64,000 nucleotides of DNA from a bacterium (GTDB taxonomy: Bacteria; UBA8248), in assembly GCA_965221165.1 (NCBI GenBank), contig CBDCRP010000003.1, forward strand, positions 1,664,001-1,728,000, in the 5' to 3' direction. The translations under genes were made by a program, and so were the position numbers. Numbering within the stretch: the first letter of the stretch is position 1; each line of letters opens with the position of its first letter. Positions 49,114 through 58,990 of the stretch are shown piece by piece. The notes below the pieces were generated by a model that saw only the letters and a program-made list of their open reading frames with translations, was not told the DNA's origin and did not search any database.

Positions 49114-50508
49114 TCACACCGCCTGTTCCGCCGGCTCCTCCCGTGCGCCCGCACCGCCCAGAAGACGCATCAAGGAATCGATCTCAGGCTGCGCTTCGAG
49201 TGTCTCGAGACGCGCGAGCACGTCCTCGTATACTTCCTCCGGCATGGAGGATTTCGCGCAGTCGCGGAACTTGGAGCGTATCTTGGCATCCTCCATCGGC
49301 CAGAGCGCGCAGCCACGCGAGACGTCCGTTCTCTTTCTCAGCACGCGGCCATCGTGTAAGTGAAGGCGCACGTCGCTCGGCTTGCGCATGCCGGGCCGCC
49401 AGCCCATATCGTCGGCGGTGACGTGAATCTTGCTTACCCACTCCTGAAGCAGGGGTTCGCGCACCGCCTCGTCCGTGAAGGTCTCGAGGCGCAAATCGCC
49501 ATCCAGCAGCATCCGCGCGAGACAATACTCGATGGAGAATTTGCCCTCGAGGCCCGTTTCAGGCGCATGGTAGCGAAGAACCTGCGTGGCGATTTCGACG
49601 AGTGAGACCTCGACCCGCGCGACGTCCGCCGCCGTGATGCTCGACTCCTCCATGATGTCATAGAGCGCATCCACCGCCGGGTGGGTCGAGAGACAACACG
49701 GATAGGGCTTCATGTTCATGCCGGGATCCGCCAGGGCGTAAGGACTCCCGAGGCTTGTTACTATCTCCTCCGGGTTGGGGGAGCCGCCTCCGGCGAAGGC
49801 GTCGAGGAACCCGCGCGGGGCTTCGAGGATAGTCGTGCTCGCCGTGAGGCCTGCGGCTGCGAGCGCAACCGCGCGCAGGCCGGCTTCGGGTGCCAAGCCG
49901 GCGTGTAAGGGCTTCGTCATCGTGCCGAAGTTCGCGTGAACGCCCGAAGCATGGGAGGCGGCGCAGCCCAGGGCGTGGCGCGTCGTTTCTAAGTCCAATC
50001 CCCGCAGGTGGGCGGCGGCGGCCGCAGCGCCCATGGTGCCGAGCGTGCAGGTGGCATGCCAACCCGCGCCGTAGTGTTCGGGATTCATGCCCTCGCCGAG
50101 CTTGGTCGATATCTCATAGCCGATGATGAAGGCCTCTAAAACCTCGCGTCCCGACGCCCCTTGCATCTCTCCCTGCGCCAGGACGGCGGGCAGCACGCCC
50201 ACGCTCGGATGGCCGTTCAGCAGATAGCTCGAATCATCGAAATCAAGCGCGTGGCCCATCGCGCCGTTGGCGAGGGCGGCCATCGGCGCGGCCGCACGGG
50301 CCCCGACGCCGATGATGGTCGCCTCGGGCGCGCCGCCCATCTTTTGCGCGAAATGGGCCACGATGCGCCCGACGGGCTCACCCGCTCCCGCCAGCGTCAC
50401 GCCCACGGTGTCGACCACCGCCTTCTTCGCGCGCTCGATAACCAGTTCGGGAAAATCCGACCACTTCGTCTCGACGATGAATTCCGCCATCCGTCCGGTA
50501 ACGCTCAT
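49114..50508 (-). CDS. MmgE/PrpD family protein
   Basis: ANGAMGHALDFDD, GHPS, GWHATCT, TKPLHAG, KPYPCC, KFSIEY. Confidence 0.93.
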   Translation of the reverse strand: MSVTGRMAEFIVETKWSDFPELVIERAKKAVVDTVGVTLAGAGEPVGRIVAHFAQKMGGAPEATIIGVGARAAAPMAALANGAMGHALDFDDSSYLLNGHPSVGVLPAVLAQGEMQGASGREVLEAFIIGYEISTKLGEGMNPEHYGAGWHATCTLGTMGAAAAAAHLRGLDLETTRHALGCAASHASGVHANFGTMTKPLHAGLAPEAGLRAVALAAAGLTASTTILEAPRGFLDAFAGGGSPNPEEIVTSLGSPYALADPGMNMKPYPCCLSTHPAVDALYDIMEESSITAADVARVEVSLVEIATQVLRYHAPETGLEGKFSIEYCLARMLLDGDLRLETFTDEAVREPLLQEWVSKIHVTADDMGWRPGMRKPSDVRLHLHDGRVLRKRTDVSRGCALWPMEDAKIRSKFRDCAKSSMPEEVYEDVLARLETLEAQPEIDSLMRLLGGAGAREEPAEQAV

Positions 50509-50543
50509 GCGACGCCTCCTCGCTTACGAGCCTTGGGGTCGGC

Positions 50544-50659
50544 TCAACTCTCCAGAAAGTTTTCCACCTCACGATACAACTCCTCGCGGCGTTTTTCGAA
50601 TTCCATATAGTGGGTGCCGTCGCCGATGACGACGAAGCGCTTGACGGAATAAGCTCGCC
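50544..50659 (-). pseudogene. Orphan 3' fragment of an alpha/beta-hydrolase gene
   Basis: Reads KRFVVIGDGTHYMEFEKRREELYREVENFLES* (catalytic-His strand and last helix); no upstream body. Confidence 0.6.
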
Positions 50660-51835
50660 TCAAGCCCTAAGTTTCTCGCGCAGCCAGTCGTAGATGTAGG
50701 TCGTCCCCAGCGTCATGTTGTCGCGCTGGCAGTGTTGCGCGCCGCCTTCTTTCGACGTGAACACCTTGAAGGTCTTGTCCTTTGAACCCACGGCATTAAA
50801 CAGCTTGCGGGCGGCGCGCATGGGTATCTGCTTGTCCTGCGCCCCGTGGACGAGGAGAAAGGGGCAGCGCATCTTCTGCACCACGCCGTCGAGGCGAAAA
50901 CCCTCGAGCTTACGAAGCGCATCTTCGGTCGTCCTGGCGTTCATGATCCACAGGATGTGATGATCGGGCACCGCGTGTAAGGACGTGCCCCAGGCCGCAA
51001 GGCGCTTTTTCCAGGTGGCGTGGTAGTCCCAAATCGCCCCCCATGCGACGCAGGCCTTGTAGCGGCGGTCCATGCTCGCCGCCCTGGGCGCGTAATATCC
51101 GCCCGCGCTGAGCGCGATGATGGCCGCGCGACGCGCGTTCACGTCCCCTCGCGTTTCGAGGTAATCGAGCGCGGCCGAGCCCGCGACCTCGTAATCGTGG
51201 CGCAGGTAGAGGTTTCTGAAGCGCGCGGCCTCGCCGGAACCCGGCCCGTCCACGACGAGACAACTCATCCCGCGCGCGACGAGACTCTCCACCCCCCGGA
51301 CGTAGACGAGTTCCTTGGTGTTGTCGAGACCATCGAAGAAGACCACGACGGGAGGCTTTCTTTTTCTCGTGTTCTCCGCATGAACGAGGTAGGCGGGCAG
51401 CGACGCGCCGTTTTCGTAGGGAATCTCGACGCACTCGATTCGCGGACGCTCGCTCAGACGGGCGAAGCGGTGAAAACAATCGAGCGATTTCCTGAAGACG
51501 GTGTGGCCCCGCCTGTCCTTGGGCGTGCGGAAGCGCTCCCCCATCTGGTAATAGACGCAGGCCCGCAGATGGTGGGCGGACGCGGTGAAGCTCGAAGCCT
51601 CGCGCTCCGCCGCCAGGCCGAGTGCGCGAACGTGACCGGCCATGCGGACCCATTCGCGGAACCAGGCCTCGTCATCGCCGGGCTTGCGGGCGAGCCGACG
51701 CCCCACCCGGTCGACCTCTCCAATTTCCGAAGCGCCCCATCTGGCGCAGGAAATCATGAAACACACCGCCGAGGACCACCGGTACTCGCCCGGAAAATAC
51801 GTGAACCAGTTCGCCTCCGCCGGCATATCCGCCAA
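50660..51835 (-). CDS. Alpha/beta hydrolase, FrsA/2,6-dihydroxypseudooxynicotine hydrolase-like (paralog 1)
   Basis: HHLRACVYY, FDGLDNTKE, DGPGSGE, ALSAGGYYAPR, GGAQHCQ; start 51835 (TTG) or 51826. Confidence 0.9.
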   Translation of the reverse strand: MADMPAEANWFTYFPGEYRWSSAVCFMISCARWGASEIGEVDRVGRRLARKPGDDEAWFREWVRMAGHVRALGLAAEREASSFTASAHHLRACVYYQMGERFRTPKDRRGHTVFRKSLDCFHRFARLSERPRIECVEIPYENGASLPAYLVHAENTRKRKPPVVVFFDGLDNTKELVYVRGVESLVARGMSCLVVDGPGSGEAARFRNLYLRHDYEVAGSAALDYLETRGDVNARRAAIIALSAGGYYAPRAASMDRRYKACVAWGAIWDYHATWKKRLAAWGTSLHAVPDHHILWIMNARTTEDALRKLEGFRLDGVVQKMRCPFLLVHGAQDKQIPMRAARKLFNAVGSKDKTFKVFTSKEGGAQHCQRDNMTLGTTYIYDWLREKLRA

Positions 51836-52264
51836 AATTCCACCTCCCGCACCACACCGCCGATTCGCCTCGACCGAAGTGGGTGATCGGAATTATCAAC
51901 CGTTTCCATATTCTCTATTCATGGATGAGAGTTTTCTACACTCCAGCATCCATTCTAGGTCTACGGTCTGTGGGTGGCCCGGATCTTCCCTGTCCCTCGG
52001 TGCCCTGTGTCGCAATATCGTTATTAGAATAATAACAAATCCAGAATTTATTTTGTAGATTGTAGTCATTTTTCGCTCGACTCCGGCGTGTCCAATAGCG
52101 ATGTTTTGATCTAACCTCGCAAAAACTTTACAAACAAAATGCGCCATGATAGCTTCGACGAAATAAATCACCCAGAAAATCTGCCCGGTTCCCACTTGCT
52201 ATGTTGCATGATTTCGTGCGCTCAGAGGACTGAATTTCTATATTGCCAAACATGGAGTGTAATA

Positions 52265-53713
52265 ATGAGTAGCATCGACGATATTTTAGAGAAAGCCCAA
52301 CTCGCAAGGCTTATTCCTACGATTGCCGACTCCCGCAAGGAAGGGCGGCTTGTATCCGTTCTGCTCTCAACGCTGTCCGTGGTGCATCCGTTCGCCAAAC
52401 AGCTTTTGGATCGCTGTGGAATGAGGATGGGAAAGACATCCAAATTACTCAGCCATACGGAGGTCAAATTTCCAACCTCTGATGAAAGCGGCAATGGAAG
52501 TAGTGAAGACCGGCCCGATGGTGTCTTGACTCTATCAACAGGTAAGTCCCGGTGGAGAGCACTGGTCGAAGCGAAGATTGACAATGTCGAGATTGATCAA
52601 GAGCAGGTGCATCGGTACGCAAGAATCGCACGAACTTGCGGGATCGACGCAGTGATCACGTTGTCGAATCAGCTAACGCCTTTGCCAACACATATCCCGT
52701 ACTCAATGCCAAAGACACTCAGAAATCGCGTCGATTTCTTTCATATTTCCTGGATTAGCGTACTCACCCAAGCATCATTGATTTTGAGGGATAAAGAAGA
52801 AATAAGCAGCGAGCAAGCATTCATTCTCGAAGAGATGGTTCGTTATTTCGAACATCCAAAGTCCGGGGTCAAGCGGTTCGATCAAATGAATAAAGAATGG
52901 CGGCCACTCGTTAGCGGAATTAGTAATGGGCAAAAGTTCAGCCGCTCCGCTCCCGAGATCGAGAATACGATTTCCAGTTGGCATCAGGAAGAGCGAGACG
53001 TTTGTCTATTGTTGAGCCGTCTCATCAGAAAACACGTCGATATCCGCCTCTCTCGCAAGCACCAGAACGATACCACGCTGAGGTTTCGTGAAGCATGTGA
53101 TTCGCTGATTGCTTCCCATGAACTGCGTTCCAGCTTCAGTGTACCGAATGCCGCCGGCGACATAGAAGTAACAGCGAATTTGGAGCGTAGAACGATTTCC
53201 TGCTCCATGAAACTGAATGCGCCCGGCGACAAGAAGCGAGCCGGCGCGAGAATTAACTGGCTCCTTCGACAGTTGCGAGACGTTGCCGGGGATGATGTGA
53301 TCGTTCGGGCTTTATGGCCTAGGGGAGCAACGACTCAGGAGTACCTATCAAAGGTCCGAGGCGATATCAATTGTCTTGAAATCGGGCGTCCAGGCGCAAC
53401 GCTTACAAGTTTCGAGGTTGTGATGGTCGAATACCTCGCAGGCCGTTTCTCAGGGCCACGGAACTTCATTGAAGATTTGGAAGAATTAGTACCTGAATTC
53501 TACGACATAATTGGTCAGCGTTTACGGCGTTGGTCTCCCCCACCCCCACCGATCGATAAGCGCGACCCAATCCAGGAACCCACTACCTCTAAAGCATCCG
53601 AAGAGAGAAGTGTGAACGAATCTCCGCCATTGGAGACGAACCAAACTCACGATCTTCCCGAATCAAACGATACGAACTCATCATCCACGGAGCATCCACA
53701 CAGGATGGTTTAA
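52265..53713 (+). CDS. Hypothetical protein with PD-(D/E)xK nuclease-like N-terminal domain
   Basis: RPDG..ALVEAK..Q..Y motif; AT-richer than flanks; GGAG RBS. Confidence 0.7.
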   Translation: MSSIDDILEKAQLARLIPTIADSRKEGRLVSVLLSTLSVVHPFAKQLLDRCGMRMGKTSKLLSHTEVKFPTSDESGNGSSEDRPDGVLTLSTGKSRWRALVEAKIDNVEIDQEQVHRYARIARTCGIDAVITLSNQLTPLPTHIPYSMPKTLRNRVDFFHISWISVLTQASLILRDKEEISSEQAFILEEMVRYFEHPKSGVKRFDQMNKEWRPLVSGISNGQKFSRSAPEIENTISSWHQEERDVCLLLSRLIRKHVDIRLSRKHQNDTTLRFREACDSLIASHELRSSFSVPNAAGDIEVTANLERRTISCSMKLNAPGDKKRAGARINWLLRQLRDVAGDDVIVRALWPRGATTQEYLSKVRGDINCLEIGRPGATLTSFEVVMVEYLAGRFSGPRNFIEDLEELVPEFYDIIGQRLRRWSPPPPPIDKRDPIQEPTTSKASEERSVNESPPLETNQTHDLPESNDTNSSSTEHPHRMV

Positions 53714-53785
53714 TTCCACAAAACCAGACAGAGGATCCCGGGAGGAAACCCGGACGACCCCGTCACCCCGACAGAGGAGCGCGTC

Positions 53786-54961
53786 ATGCCGGAAGCCCCC
53801 GCCAACACCCGATGGTTCACCTACTTTCCAGAGGATTGCCGCTGGTCTTCGGACGTCGTGAACTGCCTCTCCGTGGCCCCCTGGGGCGGAGCCGACATCG
53901 GCGAGGTCGATCAGGTGGGCAGACGGCTCAGAAAAGACATCGGAAACGACGCGCTGTGGTTCCGCGAATGGGTTCGCATGGCGAACAAGGTGCGCGATCT
54001 GGGGCTGGCGGCAGAGGAGAAAAAACACCGCTTAAGCGCCGCCTACCACCACAAGCGCGCCGCCATGTACTACCAGATAGGGGAGCGCTTCCGCACGCCC
54101 AAGGACAAGCGGGCGAAAGACGCCTACAGACTCGCGCTCGACAGTTTTTTACGCTTCACGAAGCTCACCGATGCTCCCAGAATCGAGCGCGTGGAAGTGC
54201 CATTCGAGAACGGCGTGAACCTGCCGGGATATTTCGTCCACGCGCAGAACACGAAAAAGGCCAAGCCGCCCGTTATCGTCTACTTCGACGGTCTCGACAT
54301 CACGAAGGAGATTCAATACCTGCGCGGCGCGGAAGAATTCGTGCGGCGCGGCATGAGCTGTCTCGTCATGGACGGGCCGGGAACCGGGGAGGCCATCCGC
54401 TTCAGGGAGCAATATCTGCGCCCCGACTACGAGGCGGCGGGCTCGGCCGCGCTCGATTATCTCGAAACGCGAGGCGACGTGAACGCAGGCAAAGCCGCCG
54501 TGGTGGCCATCAGTCTCGGGGGATACTACGCGCCCCGCATCGCCGGCATGGAGAGGCGGTATAAGGCGTGCGTCGCCTGGGGGGCGTGCTGGGATTATCA
54601 CGCGACGTGGAAAAAGCGCGTCGCCGCCTCCATGAAGACGGAACTCTCCGTACCGGGCCACCACATCATGTGGGTGTTCAACACCAAGAACTATGAGGAC
54701 ACCTTCAAAAAGCTGGAAGCCTTCCGCCTGGACGGCGTGGTGCAGAAGATGCGCTGTCCCTTCCTGCTCACCCACGGCATCGACGACAAGCAGGCGCCCA
54801 CGAGCGACGCGCGCAAGCTGTTTGGCGCCGTGGGCTCCAGGGACAAGACGCTCAAGATATTCACCGTCAGGGAGGGGGGCTCCCAGCACTGCCAGCGCGA
54901 CAACCTCTCGCTCGGCGTCACCTACGTCGCGGATTGGCTGATGGAGAAGCTGAGGCCTTGA
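53786..54961 (+). CDS. Alpha/beta hydrolase, FrsA/2,6-dihydroxypseudooxynicotine hydrolase-like (paralog 2)
   Basis: FDGLDITKE, DGPGTGE, AISLGGYYAPR, GGSQHCQ; colinear with paralog 1. Confidence 0.9.
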   Translation: MPEAPANTRWFTYFPEDCRWSSDVVNCLSVAPWGGADIGEVDQVGRRLRKDIGNDALWFREWVRMANKVRDLGLAAEEKKHRLSAAYHHKRAAMYYQIGERFRTPKDKRAKDAYRLALDSFLRFTKLTDAPRIERVEVPFENGVNLPGYFVHAQNTKKAKPPVIVYFDGLDITKEIQYLRGAEEFVRRGMSCLVMDGPGTGEAIRFREQYLRPDYEAAGSAALDYLETRGDVNAGKAAVVAISLGGYYAPRIAGMERRYKACVAWGACWDYHATWKKRVAASMKTELSVPGHHIMWVFNTKNYEDTFKKLEAFRLDGVVQKMRCPFLLTHGIDDKQAPTSDARKLFGAVGSRDKTLKIFTVREGGSQHCQRDNLSLGVTYVADWLMEKLRP

Positions 54962-55069
54962 GCGAGACTTGGGTGAATAGCTAGTTGACCATAGCTCCCG
55001 ATGTGTCGAGAATAGCACTTGCAACTTGAAAGCTTTATTTTGATGTGCCTCTCGAAGGGATTAAGTAAA

Positions 55070-56200
55070 ATGCCTAGAAAACAATCAGGCGGCCACCTTC
55101 ACCTTCATGATCTAGCGATCAAGGGGTTTCGCGGAATTAAAAGTCTTTCCCTTCCCCGGCTGGGCCGTGTGACCTTGCTCGCCGGAAAGAACGGTGTCGG
55201 AAAATCCACCGTACTCGAAGCGGTCGCGGTATACGCAGCGCGCCGTTATTGCAATGAAGTTCTTTCCAATATGCTGAAAAAGCGTGAGGAATTGTCTATT
55301 GCGCAAGATGAAAATGGCGATACGTTTCCTGTACCCAATATTGAAGCTCTTTTCCACGGTTGGGATGCATCGAAAAATGCGTTTATCGTGATTGGCCCAT
55401 CTAAAGAGCCAGATCAACTCAGAATTGAAAATGCCTCTCACAACGATCTCACAAATGAACAGATGGTACTTGAAGGCTTCAGGTCTGAATCGTACCACTA
55501 TGATGATATGCAATGGCTAAATATCAAATTTCGAGGCAAACAGAATATTTTCCCTTGGGCAAATCTCAAAAGCCGTCGCCCGCTAAGAGGTAGGTGGGGA
55601 TTCGTTGCAGAAGCAAATCTTCCAAAAGAAATAAAATGTGAGACATTGGGTCCGGGCCTACTTAACAACGATGAGATAGCAAAGTTTTGGGACAAAATCG
55701 CGCTGACCTCTGAAGAGGATCAGACAGTTAATGCCCTGAAGTTGATCTTCGGAGTCAAAGTGGAGCGCATTGCGGTCACTGCAGAAGAATATAAACAGCA
55801 TGGTCGCCGCGTTATCGTAAAGCTCAAGGATCACTCTGACCCCGTTCCTCTGAAAAGCTTGGGAGACGGCGCGATTCGCCTTTTCAGCATTGCCCTGGCT
55901 TTGGCGAACAGTAGGGACGGCATCCTGTTAATCGACGAAGCGGAAAACGGAATTCACCATTCCGTGCAATCGGATTTCTGGCGCATGGTGCTGCGAATGG
56001 CGAACGAGAACAACACGCAGGTTCTGGCCACGACCCATAGCTGGGACTGCGTGCGGGGATTCGCACAAGCCGCGACCGATGACGAAGACACCGAGGGCAT
56101 TCTCTTTCGCCTCGAACGGGACGACGAAGACGTTTGGGCGATCTTCTACCCTGAAGATCAACTTAAGATCGCCGCCGAACAGGGCACCGAAGTCAGGTAA
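55070..56200 (+). CDS. AAA_15/AAA_21-type ABC-like ATPase
   Basis: IKGFRGIK, GKNGVGKST, SLGDG signature, LLIDEAENGIH, ATTHS. Confidence 0.9.
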   Translation: MPRKQSGGHLHLHDLAIKGFRGIKSLSLPRLGRVTLLAGKNGVGKSTVLEAVAVYAARRYCNEVLSNMLKKREELSIAQDENGDTFPVPNIEALFHGWDASKNAFIVIGPSKEPDQLRIENASHNDLTNEQMVLEGFRSESYHYDDMQWLNIKFRGKQNIFPWANLKSRRPLRGRWGFVAEANLPKEIKCETLGPGLLNNDEIAKFWDKIALTSEEDQTVNALKLIFGVKVERIAVTAEEYKQHGRRVIVKLKDHSDPVPLKSLGDGAIRLFSIALALANSRDGILLIDEAENGIHHSVQSDFWRMVLRMANENNTQVLATTHSWDCVRGFAQAATDDEDTEGILFRLERDDEDVWAIFYPEDQLKIAAEQGTEVR

Positions 56201-56205
56201 AAAGT

Positions 56206-56913
56206 ATGCCCACCGCTGGTTCGCCATCTTTTCTTTTGTTGGTCGAAGGGCAGGATGATCGTCATTTCGTCAAACAGTTATGGGACAAGCATCACGGCGG
56301 GTCGTCGAAACCGTTATTTTTCAATGGCGCGGAGCCGCCATTTGGCATATCAGACAAAGGAAACTTTAATGAACTCTGCAAAGATATTCCCACACAAATT
56401 ACCACTCCCGGCAGAGAAGTGCTCGGAATTCTCGCGGACGCAAACGGCGACCCAGTGAAGCAGTGGGAAGAAATATCAAGCGAACTTAAAAAAACTTGTG
56501 ACCTGAGAGGCGCAAGTAAACATCTACAACTCGACTCAACTCAAATCCCGAATGCTCCAGACCCAACCGGAACGATCATCAATAGCAAACCACGCATCGG
56601 TATATGGCTGATGCCCGATAACGCATCGCCCGGCGAGTTGGAAGACTTTGCGGTGAAAATGGTTCCCGGTGACGACCCTGTCTGGCCGTTCTCCAAGGAA
56701 TACATCAACAATATCCCAAAGCAACATCGCAAATTTACAAGCGACAAAACGCCAAGAGCCGAGTTGTTCGCATGGCTTGCAACGAGAAAGGAACCCGGGC
56801 GTATGGGAGCAGCCATCGGCGCTGGTGGTTTGACACTGGACAATAAACCTAGCGAAACATTCCTGAAGTGGCTAAACGAGTTATTCAAACAACCTGCGAA
56901 CGTATCTTCTTAA
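56206..56913 (+). CDS. DUF3226-like TOPRIM-fold protein
   Basis: LLVEGQDD, GILADAN, GIWLMPDN..PGELEDF, AWLAT..EPG. Confidence 0.8.
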   Translation: MPTAGSPSFLLLVEGQDDRHFVKQLWDKHHGGSSKPLFFNGAEPPFGISDKGNFNELCKDIPTQITTPGREVLGILADANGDPVKQWEEISSELKKTCDLRGASKHLQLDSTQIPNAPDPTGTIINSKPRIGIWLMPDNASPGELEDFAVKMVPGDDPVWPFSKEYINNIPKQHRKFTSDKTPRAELFAWLATRKEPGRMGAAIGAGGLTLDNKPSETFLKWLNELFKQPANVSS

Positions 56914-56977
56914 ACTCAGGCAGAAAAAACACAGGCATTACTCAGAGCGACGTGCGTCGCCAGAACATCTCCCCTAC

Positions 56978-57601
56978 TCACGCTCCCCCAAGCCACTCCT
57001 CCGCCTCATCCCGCACGGCGCGCTCTTCCGCGCTGTGCTGGAGGACGATGTTCCTGGCCGGTGGGTGGCCTATTTTCGCGTTTCGCCAGCAATGGTAGCG
57101 GATGGCCTGGGGATAGCCCGAAAGGTTGATGGAGGCGTAGAACGAGGTGGGGAGTTCGTCGGGCTTATACGGGTCCATCCTGTCTTTCTCGTAGATGTTG
57201 GTCCGCTTCCAGATGCGCCACCCGCCGTCTCGTTTTTCCAGCAGTGCGAGGACGCGGCTCCAGGTGGTGAAATCAAGCTCCACGCCGTCGATCAACCTTC
57301 TCTGGTAGAGGATCAGGTCGTGCTCGGCCGCGGCGCGCGTGTCTTTCAGGCGCACCCAGGGGTTCGTGACGGTGTGCTTCTGGCTCTCGCCGGGGTGGCG
57401 CGCTATCTTCATCTTTTTCGCGGCGTCGACGAATTCATCCCGCGTTCCGCTGAACCACGATGTCGTGAGCGTGGCGTCGGGGTGATAACACGCGCCCCAC
57501 TCCTCCCAGAGGCCTGCGTCGCGCGCGTAGTTCACGACCGAAAGAACGTCTTTTATCTCGCTCTTGTCGAGGTTTTCCTGCGCTCTCCTTTCCGCTTCCA
57601 T
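56978..57601 (-). CDS. SnoaL/NTF2-like protein
   Basis: DKSEIKD..YARDAG.W, YHPDA, EKRDGGWRI, IYEKDRMDP. Confidence 0.85.
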   Translation of the reverse strand: MEAERRAQENLDKSEIKDVLSVVNYARDAGLWEEWGACYHPDATLTTSWFSGTRDEFVDAAKKMKIARHPGESQKHTVTNPWVRLKDTRAAAEHDLILYQRRLIDGVELDFTTWSRVLALLEKRDGGWRIWKRTNIYEKDRMDPYKPDELPTSFYASINLSGYPQAIRYHCWRNAKIGHPPARNIVLQHSAEERAVRDEAEEWLGGA

Positions 57602-57614
57602 GAAAATCCTTTCT

Positions 57615-58031
57615 TCAGATGAACTCGTGCACCTCGGCGAACATGCCCTTCACGATCCCCCCGCTCAGGTGGCCGACCAGGATTTCGTCCGGCTGGTAGG
57701 GGCCGCCGCTCAGCGCGAGATGGAGGTGAATATAGGGCTGGGGTTCATCCCACGTCTCATCCCCCCGAACGGCGGGAGGCTTTTCGGGCCAGGAGATGTT
57801 TCCCACGGCGATGAGTTCGCGCCAGTCGTGGAAATAGCGCCGGGCCGAGGGGCCGATGACTTCCCTGAAACCCGTACGGACGTCTGATTCCTTGAGCGCG
57901 CCGAACACGATGAGCGAAGCGCTCCGTATGTTCTTCTCTTTCACGAAATAATTGAATTCCTCGAAAAAATCATCGTCCTCATCGAATTCCAGATGAAAGA
58001 CGCGGCCCAGCTTCTTCTCTTCCGCTCGCAT
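57615..58031 (-). CDS. PPC/DUF296 domain protein
   Basis: GRVFHL, FGALK, ELIAVGNI, PYIHLHLAL, VGHL; GAGG RBS. Confidence 0.8.
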   Translation of the reverse strand: MRAEEKKLGRVFHLEFDEDDDFFEEFNYFVKEKNIRSASLIVFGALKESDVRTGFREVIGPSARRYFHDWRELIAVGNISWPEKPPAVRGDETWDEPQPYIHLHLALSGGPYQPDEILVGHLSGGIVKGMFAEVHEFI

Positions 58032-58033
58032 AC

Positions 58034-58897
58034 CTAGCCCTCCCTCACCTCCGTGTAGAGGTTCTCGAGCCCCCGCCGGAAAGTCCTCCTCCTGTGCGCG
58101 ACCCAGGATGCTCCCCGCCCCGTATCGGACCAGAAGAACTTCTCGAAACCGGCGTCTGCGGCGGCGGCTTCTCGCTCCATTCCTTTTTTCACGAGGTTTT
58201 CCATCATCCCCCACATCTCTAAAAAAAAGTTCTTGAAACGCCGCACCTCTTCGATTCCGCATATCTCCCCGTGGCCGGGAACGACGTGCGCCACGGGCAG
58301 GCTCTCCATCCACGCGAGCGCCCCTATCCATTCCTGAAAACGCGCTTCGCGCATCCCGGGGCCCGACTCGTTTATCATCACGTCGCCCGTGAAGATGACG
58401 CCTTCCTCAGGCACGTACACCGAACTGCAGGCGGGCGTGTGACCGCCCAGGCGATACATTTGAAACGTCAGGGGACGTAAGTGGAGCGTCATCCCCTCAT
58501 CGAAACAAACCTGAGGCAGGGGGAGGACGGCTTCTTCGATCTCCCGCGCCTCGTCATGCGCGCCGATGTCGTTCAAGGTGTTGATGAAGGTCTCGCGCCC
58601 CGCGAGGGGGTTATCCTTCGCGGCGAGCGCATCGTACACGCGCTGGGGAGCAATGGAAACGACCCCCGCATCCTCGATGAACGCGGAGCCGATGGCGTGA
58701 TCGCCGTGATAATCCGTCGAAATGCGGTAGCGGATGCCTCTGGGGCTAAGCGTCCTTAGTTTTTCTTGCCAGTCCCTTGAATCCGAGGGCCGCACGGGAC
58801 AGTCGATGAGCACCACGCCGGCCTCGGTGACGCCCGCGCCCACGTTCGCCCAGAGATATTCGGTCTCCGCCACCAAATGCTTGCTCAGCCGCCGCAT
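58034..58897 (-). CDS. MBL-fold metallo-hydrolase
   Basis: VVLIDCP, TDYHGDHAIG, GGHTPA, FTGD, VVPGHG. Confidence 0.88.
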   Translation of the reverse strand: MRRLSKHLVAETEYLWANVGAGVTEAGVVLIDCPVRPSDSRDWQEKLRTLSPRGIRYRISTDYHGDHAIGSAFIEDAGVVSIAPQRVYDALAAKDNPLAGRETFINTLNDIGAHDEAREIEEAVLPLPQVCFDEGMTLHLRPLTFQMYRLGGHTPACSSVYVPEEGVIFTGDVMINESGPGMREARFQEWIGALAWMESLPVAHVVPGHGEICGIEEVRRFKNFFLEMWGMMENLVKKGMEREAAAADAGFEKFFWSDTGRGASWVAHRRRTFRRGLENLYTEVREG

Positions 58898-58990
58898 GGT
58901 TCATGCCCGCCCATACCTGGAAAAGCCGCAGGCGGGGGCGCGAACAGACACCCCCGCCGCGATTACCGGCTTCTCATGAACGCCCGGGCT

